DNA from: Macrostomum lignano
Taxonomy: Eukaryota
Direction of reading: 5' to 3'
Assembly (NCBI GenBank): GCA_002269645.1
Contig: NIVC01000051.1
Coordinates: forward strand, 310,001 to 374,000
Length of the DNA: 64,000 nucleotides
The notes under the pieces: generated by a model
What the model saw: the letters and a program-made list of their open reading frames with translations, nothing else
What the model was told of the DNA's origin: nothing
The model's database searches: none
Part shown: piece by piece, positions 1-12,961 of the stretch
Layout of the letters: each line of letters starts with the position of its first letter
How positions within the stretch are numbered: the stretch's first letter is position 1
Made by a program: the position numbers and the translations under genes

Positions 1-590
1 ACTGAGCTGCACTCATGAGAAATGAGTTGGTCTCTGAGAACACACACACTGAGCTGCACTCATGAGAAATGAGTTGGTCTCTGAGAACACACTGAGCTGC
101 ACTCATGAGAAATGAGTTGGTCTCTGAGAACACACTGAGCTGCTCTCATGAGAAATGAGTTGGTCTCTGAGAACACACACTGAGCTGCACTCATGAGAAA
201 TGAGTTGGTCTCTGAGAACACACTGAGCTGCACTCATGAGAAATGAGTTAGTCTCTGAGAACACACTGAGCTGCACTCATGAGAAATGGGTTGGTCTCTG
301 AGAACACACTGAGCTGCACTCATGAGAAATGAGTTGGTCTCTGAGAACACACACTGAGCTGCACTCATGAGAAATGAGTTGGTCTCTGAGAACACACTGA
401 GCTGCACTCATGAGAAATGATTTGGTCTCTGAGAACACACACTGAGCTGCACTCATGAGAAATGAGTTGGTCTCTGAGAACACACTGAGCTGCACTCATG
501 AGAAATGATTTGGTCTCTGAGAACACACACTGAGCTGCACTCATGAGAAATGAGTTGGTCTCTGAGAACACACTGAGCTGCACTCATGAG
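1..590. repeat. Minisatellite, 43-47 bp unit (ACTGAGCTGCACTCATGAGAAATGAGTTGGTCTCTGAGAAC(AC)n), runs off the window start
   Basis: About 13 near-identical units; length varies only in the CA tract. ORFs 277..495 and 365..583 are its translations. Confidence 0.95.
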
Positions 591-1321
591 GAACCTCAGA
601 CACACTGGGCTCTTCCCTGTCAATCTCGAAGTTATATTTGATACGCAAATACAGATTTCCTACACTTTGACAAACTCTCTGACATAATCTGCAACTTTGA
701 TGCCTTCAAAACAGCGTAGATCTTAAACTTAAATTGTTCCAACAAGAGTTAAACCCAGTGTAAGCCTATAAAAAGCACTTTTAGCTCGTAGTTAACCAAA
801 CCCTCGCCCACTCTTCATTTTGGAGCCCTAGCTGAGTCCTCTGGCAACACACCCCCTGCATGGCCCTCTTGCAGTTATTGCCCCAGCTGTGGGGATCTGC
901 TTGCCCTAGTCAAACTTTAGGAGAGAATTCAGCTAGCTATATATAAGTTCCACAGGCTTACCTATATCGCAGCCAGTACTCAGCAACATTCTTCGCAGTT
1001 TCTGTCAGTGGTGGGCATGCGCCCGCACCGTTTCAACTTTCTCTAACTATATGACGGCCGCATTTTGCAAGCGGTGCTATTCAGAGACGTTACTGAGAAA
1101 CTATGGGGCCTGTGTGGGAGAGAAGTAGAGAGAGGAGTGGCACTGGTGCAAGTGCACACGGAATTAGAAGCGAATTCCTGGCCTCTCTATTCAACCCAGT
1201 GCAAACAGCAGACTTAAGGACTGCGCTTGACGGACTCTCTCACCGACCGCTTTCTCCTCCATTTACCCTCTGCCCCCTCCGCCTGCCCTCTCCCTGCTTG
1301 TCCTTCCTTGTTTTAACTATT

Positions 1322-1800
1322 CACCTCTCTCCCTCCCTTCCCTCTAGACTCCTCTCTCCCTCCCTTCCCCCTAGACCCCTCTCTCCCTCCCTTCCCTCTA
1401 GACCCCTCTCTCCCTCCCTTCCCCCTAGACCCCTCTCTCCCTCCCTTCCCTCTAGACTCCTCTCTCCCTCCCTTCCCTCTAGACTCCTCTCTCCCTCCCT
1501 TCCCCCTAGACCCCTCTCTCCCTCCCTTCCCCCTAGACCCCTCTCTCCCTCCCTTCCCCCTAGACCCCTCTCTCCCTCCCTTCCCTCTAGACTCCTCTCT
1601 CCCTCCCTTCCCCCTAGACTCCTCTCTCCCTCCCTTCCCCCTAGACTCCTCTCTCCCTCCCTTCCCTCTAGACTCCTCTCTCCCTCCCTTCCCCCTAGAC
1701 CCCTCTCTCCCTCCCTTCCCCCTAGACCCCTCTCTCCCTCCCTTCCCTCTAGACTCCTCTCTCCCTCCCTTCCCCCTAGACTCCTCTCTCCCTCCCTTCA
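1322..1800. repeat. Pyrimidine-rich minisatellite, 27-bp unit (CCTTCCC(T/C)CTAGAC(T/C)CCTCTCTCCCTC)
   Basis: About 17-18 direct copies; produces the RLLSPSLPS / GKGGREESR ORFs. Confidence 0.95.
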
Positions 1801-2560
1801 TTCACCTGAGATCCCTCTCTAGCTCCTTCTTTCCCTCTTATTCGCAGTCTCCAGACAGTCTCCCTGGCCATGATTTTCAATCAATACGCAATATATCTGT
1901 TAGCAAATATAGTATTTGGCCTCTGCTAACAAGACAGAATAGATTCTAAACAGACAATACAATTGTAGGCAAATGCTCCAGCATGAACTGGTACTAACTG
2001 TGTTCACACAGCGAGCATGCATGGCTAAATGCTAATGCATTGTCTCTGCAGTTATTTTCTAAACTAATCATACAAATCATATTTCCCAGGTCGTTATCAG
2101 TCTATATTTAGCTGCAGGCGCGTCGCATAACTAAAAAAACTAAATAGACTGATCTGCAATTTTCTTATCGCAATATCTAGCTCTTAAGTTGCCCCGTCCC
2201 ATTAACAAGTACTATTAGAAACAATCGAATAACAACTATTAAGTTTTCTACCTTGCTACTAATTAGTAGTAACCACAGATACTAGAATACTAGATACTCA
2301 AGACATCTAAATATACTAATTAGATACTATTATGGATACTATAACCAGTTAAACTAGATTTTAAAATTAAAAAATAGTACAACGTCTACTCTTTTCTTGC
2401 GTAGTTTGCGTAGTGGACAGCTAAAATTATGAATTATTAATTTAATGTGACAGCTAAATTTGCTTTTCTTCCTCGGGGTTTGTCACCTCAGGAGCATCTG
2501 GGTTTAAGAATGAACAACAAGCATTTAACTCAATGTACACAAAAGTGACCGCAAGACGGA

Positions 2561-3030
2561 CGAAACTCAGCCTAGGGGACAGGCCCAGTCTGGCCAGCCA
2601 ATGAGAGAGCAGTAAGGAGAGAGATCAAAGTCAGACGGAAGAAACTCAGCCTAGGGGAAGGCCTAATCTGGCCAGCCAATGAGAGAGCAGTAAGGAGAGA
2701 GATCAAAGTCAGACGGAAGAAACTCAGCCTAGGGGGAGGCCTAATCTGGCCAGCCAATGAGAGAGCAGTAAGGAGAGAGGTCAAAGTCAGACGGAAGAAA
2801 CTCAGCCTAGGGGAAGGCCTAATCTGGCCAGCCAATGAGAGAGCAGTAAGGAGAGAGGTCAAAGTCAGACGGAAGAAACTCAGCATAGGGGGCAGGCCTA
2901 ATCTGGCCAGCCAATGAGAGAGCAGTAAGGAGAGAGGTCAAAGTCAGACGGAAGAAACTCAGCATAGGGGGCAGGCCTAATCTGGCCAGCCAAAGAGAGA
3001 GCAGTAAGGAGAGAGGTCAAAGTCAGACAC
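2561..3030. repeat. Tandem repeat, about 78-bp unit (AAACTCAGCCTAGGGGAAGGCCTAATCTGGCCAGCCAATGAGAGAGCAGTAAGGAGAGAGGTCAAAGTCAGACGGAAG)
   Basis: About 6 copies. The first copy has an extra base that breaks the + frame. Confidence 0.9.
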
Positions 3031-3890
3031 AAGCGGGCAAGAGGAAAGCCAAATTGTTTATCGGTCTGGCTGGGGGTTGGGATGCCACCTTTTTCTCTCT
3101 TGCTCGGTATGCACACGCACTAGAAGTTTAAATAATTTATCGATTCTGAGGCAGTCTGGAGTTGGTAAAACAGATGAAGACATTAATTTAATGGGTCTGC
3201 TATTAGAAAGCCAGACTCCTTGATTGCAGCTTCAAAACTTTAAATATCCATGTAAAATGTAATAAATATCTAAGTTTACTATTATAAAAACAAAAACGCT
3301 AATTTTGCTACTGAAAAGAGTAGATAAGCGCAGATTTTGCGACTGAAATATTTAGTTATTCGGTAGTATCTGTGGTTAGAAAATCCAAGTTCCACTCCCA
3401 GTGGAACTTCTCAGTTAAACAAAAACCATCAATTCCAAAAAATTACAAGCAGTTTTTTACGACACAAACTTGTCTCTAAAAAAATCAGGTTTCCCGAATA
3501 AATAATCACAGCTTTATTATTTCATTCATACCGATTTATACAAAAAACTATTGCTGTCGATAAGTCAAAAGAACTGGACGCTGTACTGTGTAAAATTGTT
3601 GTATAGATGGCATCAAATCAATGCACAGACGGTACAATGCAATTTTCACACTACATAGAGCATTTACAGGATTATTATAGTGTTGTTTTTCAAAAATCAA
3701 AATCATCAATACCAATTCAAAGTAGACAAAAATAATATTTGACTCGCACAACATCGACTATAATTCCACAACCATTGATAATCAAACAATAATAAATAAT
3801 AAATTCATAGTTGCTTGAGTATTTGATTTGCTAACACTGCGAAAAGGCAAACGATATCGAATATTATCAGGGAATGGTTAGCAGATTTTT

Positions 3891-4940
3891 CAGGAGAGGG
3901 GGTGGCAGCTGAGCTCACACAAATATTTGTCAGGAGAGGGGGTGGCAGCTGAGCTCACACAAATATTTGTCAGGAGAGGGGGTGGCAGCTGAGCTCACAC
4001 AAATATTTGTCAGGAGAGGGGGTGGCAGCTGAGCTCACACAAATATTTGTCAGGAGAGGGGGTGGCAGCTGAGCTCACACAACTATTTGTCAGGAGAGGG
4101 GGTGGCAGCTGAGCTCACACAAATATTTGTCAGGAGAGGGGGTGGCAGCTGAGCTCACACAAATATTTGTCAGGAGAGGGGGTGGCAGCTGAGCTCACAC
4201 AACTATTTGTCAGGAGAGGGGGTGGCAGCTGAGCTCACACAAATATTTGTCAGGAGAGGGGTGGCAGCTGAGCTCACACAAATATTTGTCAGGAGAGGGG
4301 GTGGCAGCTGAGCTCACACAAATATTTGTCAGGAGAGGGGGTGGCAGCTGAGCTCACACAAATATTTGTCAGGAGATGGGGTGGCAGCTGAGCTCACACA
4401 AATATTTGTCAGGAGAGGGGGTGGCAGCTGAGCTCACACAAATATTTGTCAGGACAGGGGGTGGCAGCTGAGCTCACACAAATATTTGTCAGGACAGGGG
4501 GTGGCAGCTGAGCTCACACAAATATTTGTCAGGACAGGGGGTGGCAGCTGAGCTCACACAAATATTTGTCAGGACAGGGGGTGGCAGCTGAGCTCACACA
4601 AATATTTGTCAGGACAGGGGGTGGCAGCTGAGCTCACACAAATATTTGTCAGGACAGGGGGTGGCAGCTGAGCTCACACAAATATTTGTCAGGAGAGGGG
4701 GTGGCAGCTGAGCTCACACAAATATTTGTCAGGAGAGGGGGTGGCAGCTGAGCTCACACAAATATTTGTCAGGAGAGGGGTGGCAGCTCACACACGGATA
4801 TGTCAGGAGAGGGGGTGGCAGCTCACACACGGATATGTCAGGAGAGGGGTGGCAGCTCACACACGGATATGTCAGGAGAGGGGTGGCAGCTCACACACGG
4901 ATATGTCAGGAGAGGGGTGGCAGCTCACACACGGATATGT
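3891..4940. repeat. Composite minisatellite: about 22 x 40-bp unit, then about 5 x 33-35-bp derivative
   Basis: CAGGAGAGGGGGTGGCAGCTGAGCTCACACAAATATTTGT repeats to about 4770, then CAGGAGAGGG(G)TGGCAGCTCACACACGGATATGT. Confidence 0.95.
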
Positions 4941-5576
4941 CATGCTTGATATTTGTTCGTTAAACCCGTGCAATACAGTCAACAGGTGTGAATGAAAAAT
5001 AGTTAATTGACAAGGAGAACAAGAGCAACTAAAAGGTAGCCCTAAATAAAAAAAGCAAACCAGTCAGAAAAAAATGTCCATAATAAATGCCACAATAACA
5101 ACAACAGCGTGGAAGCAGGCTGGAATTACCGAGTTAAAAAAGAAACACCAATATATATACACGTAATTAAATTTGTTATAAAATATGCAATGAATATTGA
5201 TTATTGCTAATTAGGAGACAAAAAGCCTCTTTGAAGACGAACACGAAGGGGGAAATAACACACCTCAATGCTAATTATCACCTGCATGATGTAATATAAT
5301 AGTTTCTATATACACAAAATTAAATAAAAGCGTCAAGCATATAAACAAAAAGTAGCTTGGAAGCGACTAAAAGAGCGGTTATTATCAATAATAACTGGGC
5401 TAGAGAGCGAATGAGTAACTGACTAGGGGGTTGATGGGATGCTGGGCAATTTTGAACTGGTCCACTGCTGCTGTGAATAAATACTTGGGCACAATTACTA
5501 AAAGTGCACTTTGATGTACTTTATGTAGTTTACTATGACTGTGATTAGCAAGGATTAGAAATGATAGACTTGAGAG

Positions 5577-5995
5577 AAATGAGGGGAATGAGTGGATAAT
5601 AAGAGGGGAATGAAAGGGGAATGAAAGGGGAATGAGTGGGGAATGAGTGGGAAATTAGTGGGGAATGAGAGGGGAATAAAGGGGGAATGAGAGGGGAATA
5701 AGTGGGGAATGAGTGGGGAATGAGTGGGGAATGAGAGGGGAATAAAGGGGGAATGAGAGGGGAATGAGAGGGGAATGAAGGGGGAATGAGAGGGGAATGA
5801 GAGGGAAATGAGAAGGGAATGAGAGGGGAATGAGAGGGAAATGAGAAGGGAATGAGAGGGGAATGAGAGGGCAATGAGTGGGGAATGAAGGGGGAATAAG
5901 AGGGGAATGAGTGGGAAATGAGAAGGGAATGAGAGGGGAATGAGAAGGGAATGAGAGGGGAATGAGAGGGGAATGAGTGGGAGTGAGAGGGAAAT
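5577..5995. repeat. Purine-rich GGAAT-containing low-complexity repeat (about 10-bp GAGGGGAAT-type units)
   Basis: Degenerate GAGGGGAAT/GTGGGGAAT units. Confidence 0.9.
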
Positions 5996-6088
5996 GACAG
6001 GTGTTACTCGTATCTATCCAGCTGACACAGCTGATAGCCAAAGTCAGTCCATCAAAGTCAGTCAGTGCTAAAACCGGCTTATCATCAA

Positions 6089-6541
6089 TCACTGGTCCAA
6101 CACTACGGCAGCATTGACGTTAGCAAAAGCGTTTGCTGTTGTCGCAGAGTCTTTGGCAAAAACGGCGGCCTCGAGGCTGTGCAGAAACCAATCGTCGTCA
6201 TCGTTATCATCTAATTCGTAATTGAAATTCCTTGCATTCTCAGTGTATAAGTTTACAGCGAAATCGTTGGAAATTATTGCGCTATTGTTGGAGGGAGCTG
6301 GCGGAGATTTGGGCTTCGATGCTGACGATGGCACCGGTGGCGCTGTTGAAGGAGCGGGCGAAATAGGCGGTGGCACTTGCGCCGGAGTTTCGCAAGCGGC
6401 CGCTATGGACGAGGCAACTGATTCGGCTGGCTGCAGCTTGGACTGTCCACGGCCTGATTGGGACCGCTGGCGACGGTGACGGAGATAGCCAAGGAGGCCT
6501 GGCGTTGGCGCAAGAGGAATCGGCGAGAATTGAGGAGCAGG
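6089..6541 (-). CDS. Possible terminal coding exon of an unidentified gene (Pro/Ser/Ala-rich, acidic DDNDDDDW motif)
   Basis: GC-rich non-repetitive island between two arrays. The frame of ORF 6089..6376 stays open upstream to a candidate acceptor (ATTATCAG|CCT at 6541, phase 0). No homology recognised. Confidence 0.3.
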   Translation of the reverse strand, partial: PAPQFSPIPLAPTPGLLGYLRHRRQRSQSGRGQSKLQPAESVASSIAAACETPAQVPPPISPAPSTAPPVPSSASKPKSPPAPSNNSAIISNDFAVNLYTENARNFNYELDDNDDDDWFLHSLEAAVFAKDSATTANAFANVNAAVVLDQ

Positions 6542-7075
6542 CTGATAATGGGGCTTTGGGGTGCCTAGCCAGGCTGATAATGGGGGTTGGGGTGCCTAGC
6601 GAGGCTGATAATGAGGGTTGGGGTGCCTAGCCAGGCTGATAATGAGGGTTGGGGTGCCTAGCCAGGCTGATAATGGGGGTTGGGGTGCCTAGCCAGGCTG
6701 ATAATGGGGGTTGGGGTGCCTAGCCAGGCTGATAATGGGGGTTGGGGTGCCTAGCGAGGCTGATAATGAGGGTTGGGGTGCCTAGCCAGGCTGATAATGG
6801 GGGTTGGGGTGCCTAGCCAGGCTGATAATGGGGGTTGGGGTGCCTAGCCAGGCTGATAATGGGGGTTGGGGTGCCTAGCCAGGCTGATAATGGGTGGGGG
6901 TTGGGGTGCCTCGCCAGGCTGATAATGGGGGGCTGGGGGTGCCTCGCCAGGCTGATAATGGGGGTTGGGGTGCCTAGCCAGGCTGATAATGGATGGGGGT
7001 TGGGGTGCCTCGCCAGGCTGATAATGAGTGATTGGGGTGCCTCGCCAGGCTGATAATGGGGGTTGGGTTGGCCAT
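6538..7075. repeat. G-rich minisatellite, about 31-bp unit (GCCAGGCTGATAATGGGGGTTGGGGTGCCTA)
   Basis: About 17 copies, two G-runs per unit. Confidence 0.95.
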
Positions 7076-8267
7076 TGGCCAGCCAGGCTAATAATGGGGA
7101 AGGGAGTTTAAGTAGCCAGCCAAGCTGACAAAGAGGTAGCCAAGCTGATAATAGGGCCTAGAAGTCATTAAGGCTAAGATAGAAACATTAATGATTATAT
7201 TATAATAAGCAAAATATAAAAAAAACATACCAGAAAGGCATGCAATACCAACAATTCCAGAACCAATTGTGACCCAGATCCAAATACTGATGTAGCCAGC
7301 TGAGCTATGTAGCAAACTATTATTATTATTGTAATGCATTAGAAATTTGATATTATTTATAGTGCAATTGCTTTGTATTGCTAATATTTTCATGTGCTGC
7401 TTGCTCTTCTTGATTGCTTATAGAACCTTTTTCTTAATTGATGAATATGAAATCAGATAGTGCAAGCTCAATAAAGTAAGCCATGCAATTTTTCATTATT
7501 ATAGTACATTACTTTAGCCTGAAAAATAAGGTGGTAGATACTAATGCTTATTAAATATTGGATAGAACAATATTATTTTATGCATTTTATACTATAGTCA
7601 AAGCCAACTAGTTTTAATCTATATATATCAAATTTAAATTTTGGCTTCCTTAGATACATTTATTATTATGCAATAAGCTTAATATTGCAAAAATTTACAA
7701 AGACAATAATAGGCCCATATCTTCAACTTTATAATTTATACAATTTTGGCCAAATTCAAAGAAATTTTATCATTTAATTACTAGGCCTATGTAATGTTCT
7801 AACGCCTAGATTATGCCTCACATAATCAATTTTTAAAGGACATAAAAATTTTAGCTATGAAGACAAATAGCAAAATCATATAATATATTTTTTCTAATAA
7901 TGTAGTATATAGTATACATAGGGTATATTATGACATTGATTGCTATTCACTTCATTTTAAAAAACATTTAAAATATTTTATAATCATTGAGTTGAGAAAC
8001 TTTTAGTTTTAGGTATATCAAATTAGAAAAGCATACCTAACTTAATTTTGATTTTCAGTCACAATATTGTGTTATACTGTACTTTTACTTATAGATGTTG
8101 CTTTTGTACAATATTACAATATAATAATAAATACTATAGACGTTACTAAGGAATGAAAAAATGTTTATTTAAAGTAAGTGAAAGGTAAATGAAATATGAT
8201 AATTGAATTTGTAATGAGCTATAATATCAAGAATAGAAATGTTAATCAAGATATCAACATCAAGCAA

Positions 8268-8589
8268 CACGCCTCCCCTGAAGAGAGAGTTTGGTCAATG
8301 AAATATACCCTAAAAAATATTGATTTCCCATGAATCTATGACCCAACAGACGTCCAAAAAAGCAATAGTTGAAATCCTATCGCATTGTCTGCATAGTGTA
8401 CAGGTATGCTAATTAGTACAGTGATTTTTAGTACCAGGTAGGTACTACAAGAAGAACAAGAAGGTCTGAGAGGACATGGCAACCATCCTGCAGCAACGAA
8501 AATGCTAAAACAAGGTAGAATTTACGTTTCTGTTCATTCTCTGTCACTTATGGTTCATTAATAGTGTTTTTATTACCTGTCCATACCTG
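8268..8589 (+). repeat. Left terminal inverted repeat (322 bp)
   Basis: Reverse complement of 11835..12156; I saw no mismatch by eye. Confidence 0.92.
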
Positions 8590-9227
8590 ACTGAGATTAA
8601 TTTACACATGGAGCTTGTGTTTTCCTAGTAACGTTTTCAATTTTTTAAAGTTTTTGGAGCAGTGCAGCGATAGACTGGCACTGGGAGTCAAAACAAAGCC
8701 AGTAACTATTAACGAGAGAAAAGTTTCACAAAAACAGAAAGCATAAGCAGAGGTCATTGGGAATTACAAGCTTATTTTGGCGGCAAATGACTACACGGGT
8801 AGAATAACTAGAGTAAAATAGCTAGAATAGTTGTTAAAGCTAGTACAATATTTAGTAAAACAGAAAGTTCTTGCAATTTGCGAAGATAAGCCTACAGAAT
8901 TTCTGGAAGCCTTGTGTGCTGCAGAATAAAAAAGACATGCATTGACTGATGTAGAGCAAACCCGAATTCAAGTTCCAGCTACTGTGATACAGTACCATTA
9001 CATGTACTTCAAGCACTTCATTTCATAGAAGGCCTTAAAACCTGCGACAACTTTCTGCTTTACCCAATACAAACATACGAGTTTAGTGGGTTGTCAAAAT
9101 ACAAGCATTGAATGTAACAGCAAAACCAATGTACTAACTACTAACTACTTTTTTCAACAGTTTACTTGTAGTTATCTTGGCAGTAGTAAATTGGAATTTG
9201 CAAGTTACAAGTTATGACATATTTGGC

Positions 9228-11267
9228 TCAGATGTGAAATGAATTATAGTTTATGATGGATTGCAGTAGACACGTGCTATACTGAGGATGATTTAGGGGG
9301 CGCTTATAGCGCTGCCAGGTGGCTTCGAAGTCACTGTGGGCTGATTCAACAGCCTGTTCACTAAAGCTGCCAAGCCCCTTGCCATACTTGCCGCAGAACG
9401 CTGGCACATGGTCAAAAAGCGCGTGCATCTTTGGCGTAACTGAAAGCTCGAGGTACCTACATGTCGTCTGGAAGCGAGCAATGTAGAGACTGTAATCAGC
9501 TGCCAGACTTTGGCCAAAGCAAGCTTCGCGCACAGCGTTGAAGTCTTGAAGTGCTGTTGCGTAGAGCTTCAGGTGTGGAGGCAGCACGCTCCACAGCTCA
9601 CTCGCCTTCAGAAGGAGCTTTTTGCACGCTGGGCCCTCCAGGCAACCTCCATGATACTGCTGCCTGCAGATGCCTGCTTCATAGGCCCACTCGTAGGCCT
9701 TGTTGCCACCCCAGCTTGCATTGAGAGCATCAAGCAATCGGTTCACAATGCCAAGCATCATGTGCAGCTCTGGCGGTGGTACCACGTCCAGCAGTTCAGC
9801 AGAATCGCTCCCAGGTAGCAGTGGAGGCTGGACGCAATTGGCAAATTTTTTGGCTAGAGGCTGGTGTCCACCAGCTGCCTGAAACTCACTTGCCAGGTTT
9901 CGAATTGAGCCGAGCGTCCTCCTTTGTGCTGGTACTTCTCATGGAGGCCTGCCCTCACAGTACAGGCAGGGATGCGATGAAGAATGGCTCTGGATCCCGC
10001 TGATTATGTTTGCCAGTTTAAAATCGCAGGCCAACGTGAAGTAAATGGAGCTGATGTCGATGGTTGACATTAGTACACTAACGTTCTGGTAGCATTCTTT
10101 GACATCCTCAACAAGGGCCAGGATGAGGATCTTTTTCACTCCAGAGTCCATAAATCGGTTAAATTGGGCAGACGAAGTGCATCCTCTGCCATCCACGGTA
10201 ACGCTGACGCACACCTTTAAGGAATTGCCTCCTCCATCAATCGCAAGTTTCACTCTCTGGTGCATCTCAGCAGTGCCTCTCGAGTTACTGACATGCGCCA
10301 GAAAAGCGTATACATCCCGGCAGAACACGACAGACCGTTCAATCACACACTCTTGTCCATTAGGCTGTTTGCGGAAAAACTGCCGCTGCTCAGCTGTAAA
10401 AAACTTGGCGACACTCTGACCTTCAGCAAACAGAAACTCCTTCAGCCCAGACTGCACGGCCTTTTTGCTGCCGGACGCTTCTCTGATCACTTGAGCCGCA
10501 CGTAGCGTCTGACTGGTGCTGAGGTTGAGTGCAGTCTTTACGGCTCGCATAGTGCTATGCTGGACCGACGCAATCTCGGTAGTTGATGTACCAGCCACTT
10601 GAACTTGGAGTGGGCGCCCACCTGTGCCAGAAGTCAGGCTTGCAGTTGCTAAGGAGCCAGAAGAGGTGGCTACACCCAGCTTCTCACGCAGAAGACCGCA
10701 GGCTACGTGCTCCCTTGAGTAGGGGCTTAGGGCATCAAGATAGCGCAGTTTTGCCGCCTGTCCACACTGGTGCCTCAATCCACGTGCCACTGGCGATGAG
10801 CACGTCTCACAGCGTTTGACGACACTGTCTCCCATCGGCCCAGGTGCCTTATTTGGAGGGCGACCAAGTGGCGTCGCAATACCAGCAGCAGACTCATCTG
10901 GCATGAAAGGGTGATATACAGCCACATTCTTGTTGGCTCTGCTGGAGCCCACATGGCACACCCAGCAGTTGCAATCGGGGCGTTCGCGAGTGAGTGGCGG
11001 AAGACAGCGCAGATCTGCAATAACTTGCTCGTAGGGCATTTTTGGCGGCAGAGGTGTTGGTGCAGGGCTGCTTTGTGACATCAGCTTGATTCTGCAGGAG
11101 TTGCAGATGCTTAAAGGCAGAAATCCACGATGGTCAGCGAAGCCTGGCAGCACATGGCATTCAATCAGCGCTTCAAGAGTGGCTGTCAGCGGTCGGTCTC
11201 CCTTCCGAAAGCACAAGATGCACACACATCTTCGATTTTCTTCATGTGAGCGCTTGTTGTTTGGCAT
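9228..11267 (-). pseudogene. DDE transposase (about 679 codons) with one in-frame TGA at 9939-9941
   Basis: ORFs 9939..11336 and 9228..9785 are in the same frame (1551 nt apart). Reading through gives ...CLYCEGRPP*EVPAQRRTLGSIRNL...DVVPPPELHMMLG. First ATG at 11267 (MPNNKRSHEE). Candidate catalytic motifs LAIDGGG, LACDFKL, SEQAVESAH. Confidence 0.85.
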
Positions 11268-11834
11268 TGTTCTGGAGCAGCCAGTGTCGCGGTATTTTTT
11301 TATTATTATTTCTTGTATTTCTACCTGCACGCTCAATTAGTCTAATATATTGCATGCATATTTATGTAGCTCATACGTACATTCCCCCAAATTATTGATC
11401 GCCCCACCCCATATCACACTCAATCGTGTATTGTACGCTTTCACTCAGCTTATAAATGTCGACCTAGAGTATCTCACTCAAATATACCCTTTTCATTTTC
11501 ATAGCTAGTTGTCTCACTTACAGTAACTTTAATTTCAGTAAAAGTTTAGTAAAAGTGTAGCAGCTGCTGCTTGCTATTTCTTTTTGTTCTGAAGAAAACA
11601 CTGGAATTAACTTGTCTCCTAGTTCTGACTGCCTCATCATCTGGAGATGTCTATGGGCTAAATAGCTTATTGAAACAGAAAGAAAAGTCTGCAGCCAGAA
11701 TATTGAATTCAATTTATTTTGAGCCACGAGCATATACATGTAAATACGCTCGTACAATGATAAGTGTGAAGATACACGTCCTGGTGTGAATTCAGCACAA
11801 TATAGTATGCAAAAACATAATTTTCAGGTGTACA

Positions 11835-12156
11835 CAGGTATGGACAGGTAATAAAAACACTATTAATGAACCATAAGTGACAGAGAATGAACAGAAACGT
11901 AAATTCTACCTTGTTTTAGCATTTTCGTTGCTGCAGGATGGTTGCCATGTCCTCTCAGACCTTCTTGTTCTTCTTGTAGTACCTACCTGGTACTAAAAAT
12001 CACTGTACTAATTAGCATACCTGTACACTATGCAGACAATGCGATAGGATTTCAACTATTGCTTTTTTGGACGTCTGTTGGGTCATAGATTCATGGGAAA
12101 TCAATATTTTTTAGGGTATATTTCATTGACCAAACTCTCTCTTCAGGGGAGGCGTG
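11835..12156 (-). repeat. Right terminal inverted repeat (322 bp)
   Basis: Reverse complement of 8268..8589. Confidence 0.92.
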
Positions 12157-12961
12157 GCAATGCCTAAAACAATGAGGATTAAGGTGCTAATAAATTAAAA
12201 GTTAATTATATGTGAAACGCTTTAGCTAACAGTAACGAATTGCTATTATAACCCAGCTTTACCCTAACCCTACAACAAATCAGGCTCAATTATTTTCTAA
12301 ACTAGTGATTATTTCCGTCTCGTTTCACGGAATTTCTCGTTTACTCGTTTCTCGTTTCACATGAATTAAAAATTCGCCACAATAAAAGCGGTGTTTCTCG
12401 TTGAATGTAAAACAAATAATAGCTCGTAAGCGTTTTCAGAAATGGCTGCCAGTGGCTGAATTATAACTCTATAGATAAGTGATTATTATAATGCCGTTTT
12501 TGGCGTAGGATTCTCTTTACAAGGAGTTAACTGTCTGATGAGCGACTTCGTCGAGATTCGATCTTGAGAATCATTTACTTTCTTAATACTAGTTAAAGTA
12601 AATCGCCCTCACCTCCTAGTCTAAACGTCTTATGACGTCTACGGCAACTTTTCCAGCATATACTGACTTCTCGTCGCCGTTTTCGTTTTCACTTTTGATT
12701 GGCTAATTAGCTAATGACTTGAACTACTTGTTGTCTCACTAATCCAAGTAAAACGCGGTTCGACTACAGTATTTTAGTCCCCGGGGGAGTAACATTTCAA
12801 CCCTATATTACTGTATGCAAGCTTTGTAAAGCTTTTTTCTCTACTCTGAAATAAATTACTCTCAATATTGGCTCAACAATATCTACTCGTATGCAGGTTT
12901 CCTGATAGTAGCGGGGGCGTAGAAAGAATTTTTTTTAGGGGGATATCCAGCACATCTTGGG

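Larger units (their letters stand above)
8268..12156 (-). mobile_element. Chapaev-type (CMC superfamily) DNA transposon, full length, 3889 bp
   Basis: 322-bp inverted repeats at both ends, CAC...GTG termini, 4-bp TSD GCAA (8264-8267 and 12157-12160). Internal transposase has an H-x7-C-x2-C...P-x2-I-C-x2-C N-terminal finger. Confidence 0.85.

Noticed and set aside
1-590. CRISPR-like appearance of this and other regular arrays (3891-4940, 52580-53045)
   Set aside because: Units abut directly with no unique spacers, there are no cas genes, and the context is eukaryotic.
1103-1822. 239-aa and 162-aa ORFs
   Set aside because: Translations of a stop-free 27-bp repeat; no homology or splice support.
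5577-5995. Telomeric or centromeric satellite
   Set aside because: No TTAGGG arrays; short and degenerate. GGAAT similarity alone is not diagnostic.
7088-7393. Hydrophobic ORF as a mitochondrial insert or membrane-protein exon
   Set aside because: AT-rich bias alone gives hydrophobic translations. One candidate donor (CTG|GTATGT) exists, but I could not build a phase-consistent gene.
9939-9941. Programmed TGA readthrough or selenocysteine in the transposase
   Set aside because: A single TGG-to-TGA mutation is simpler; I recognised no SECIS or readthrough context.
11571-11789. Signal-peptide-like ORF inside the transposon as a captured host gene
   Set aside because: Short, starts at a non-ATG codon and has no recognisable motif.
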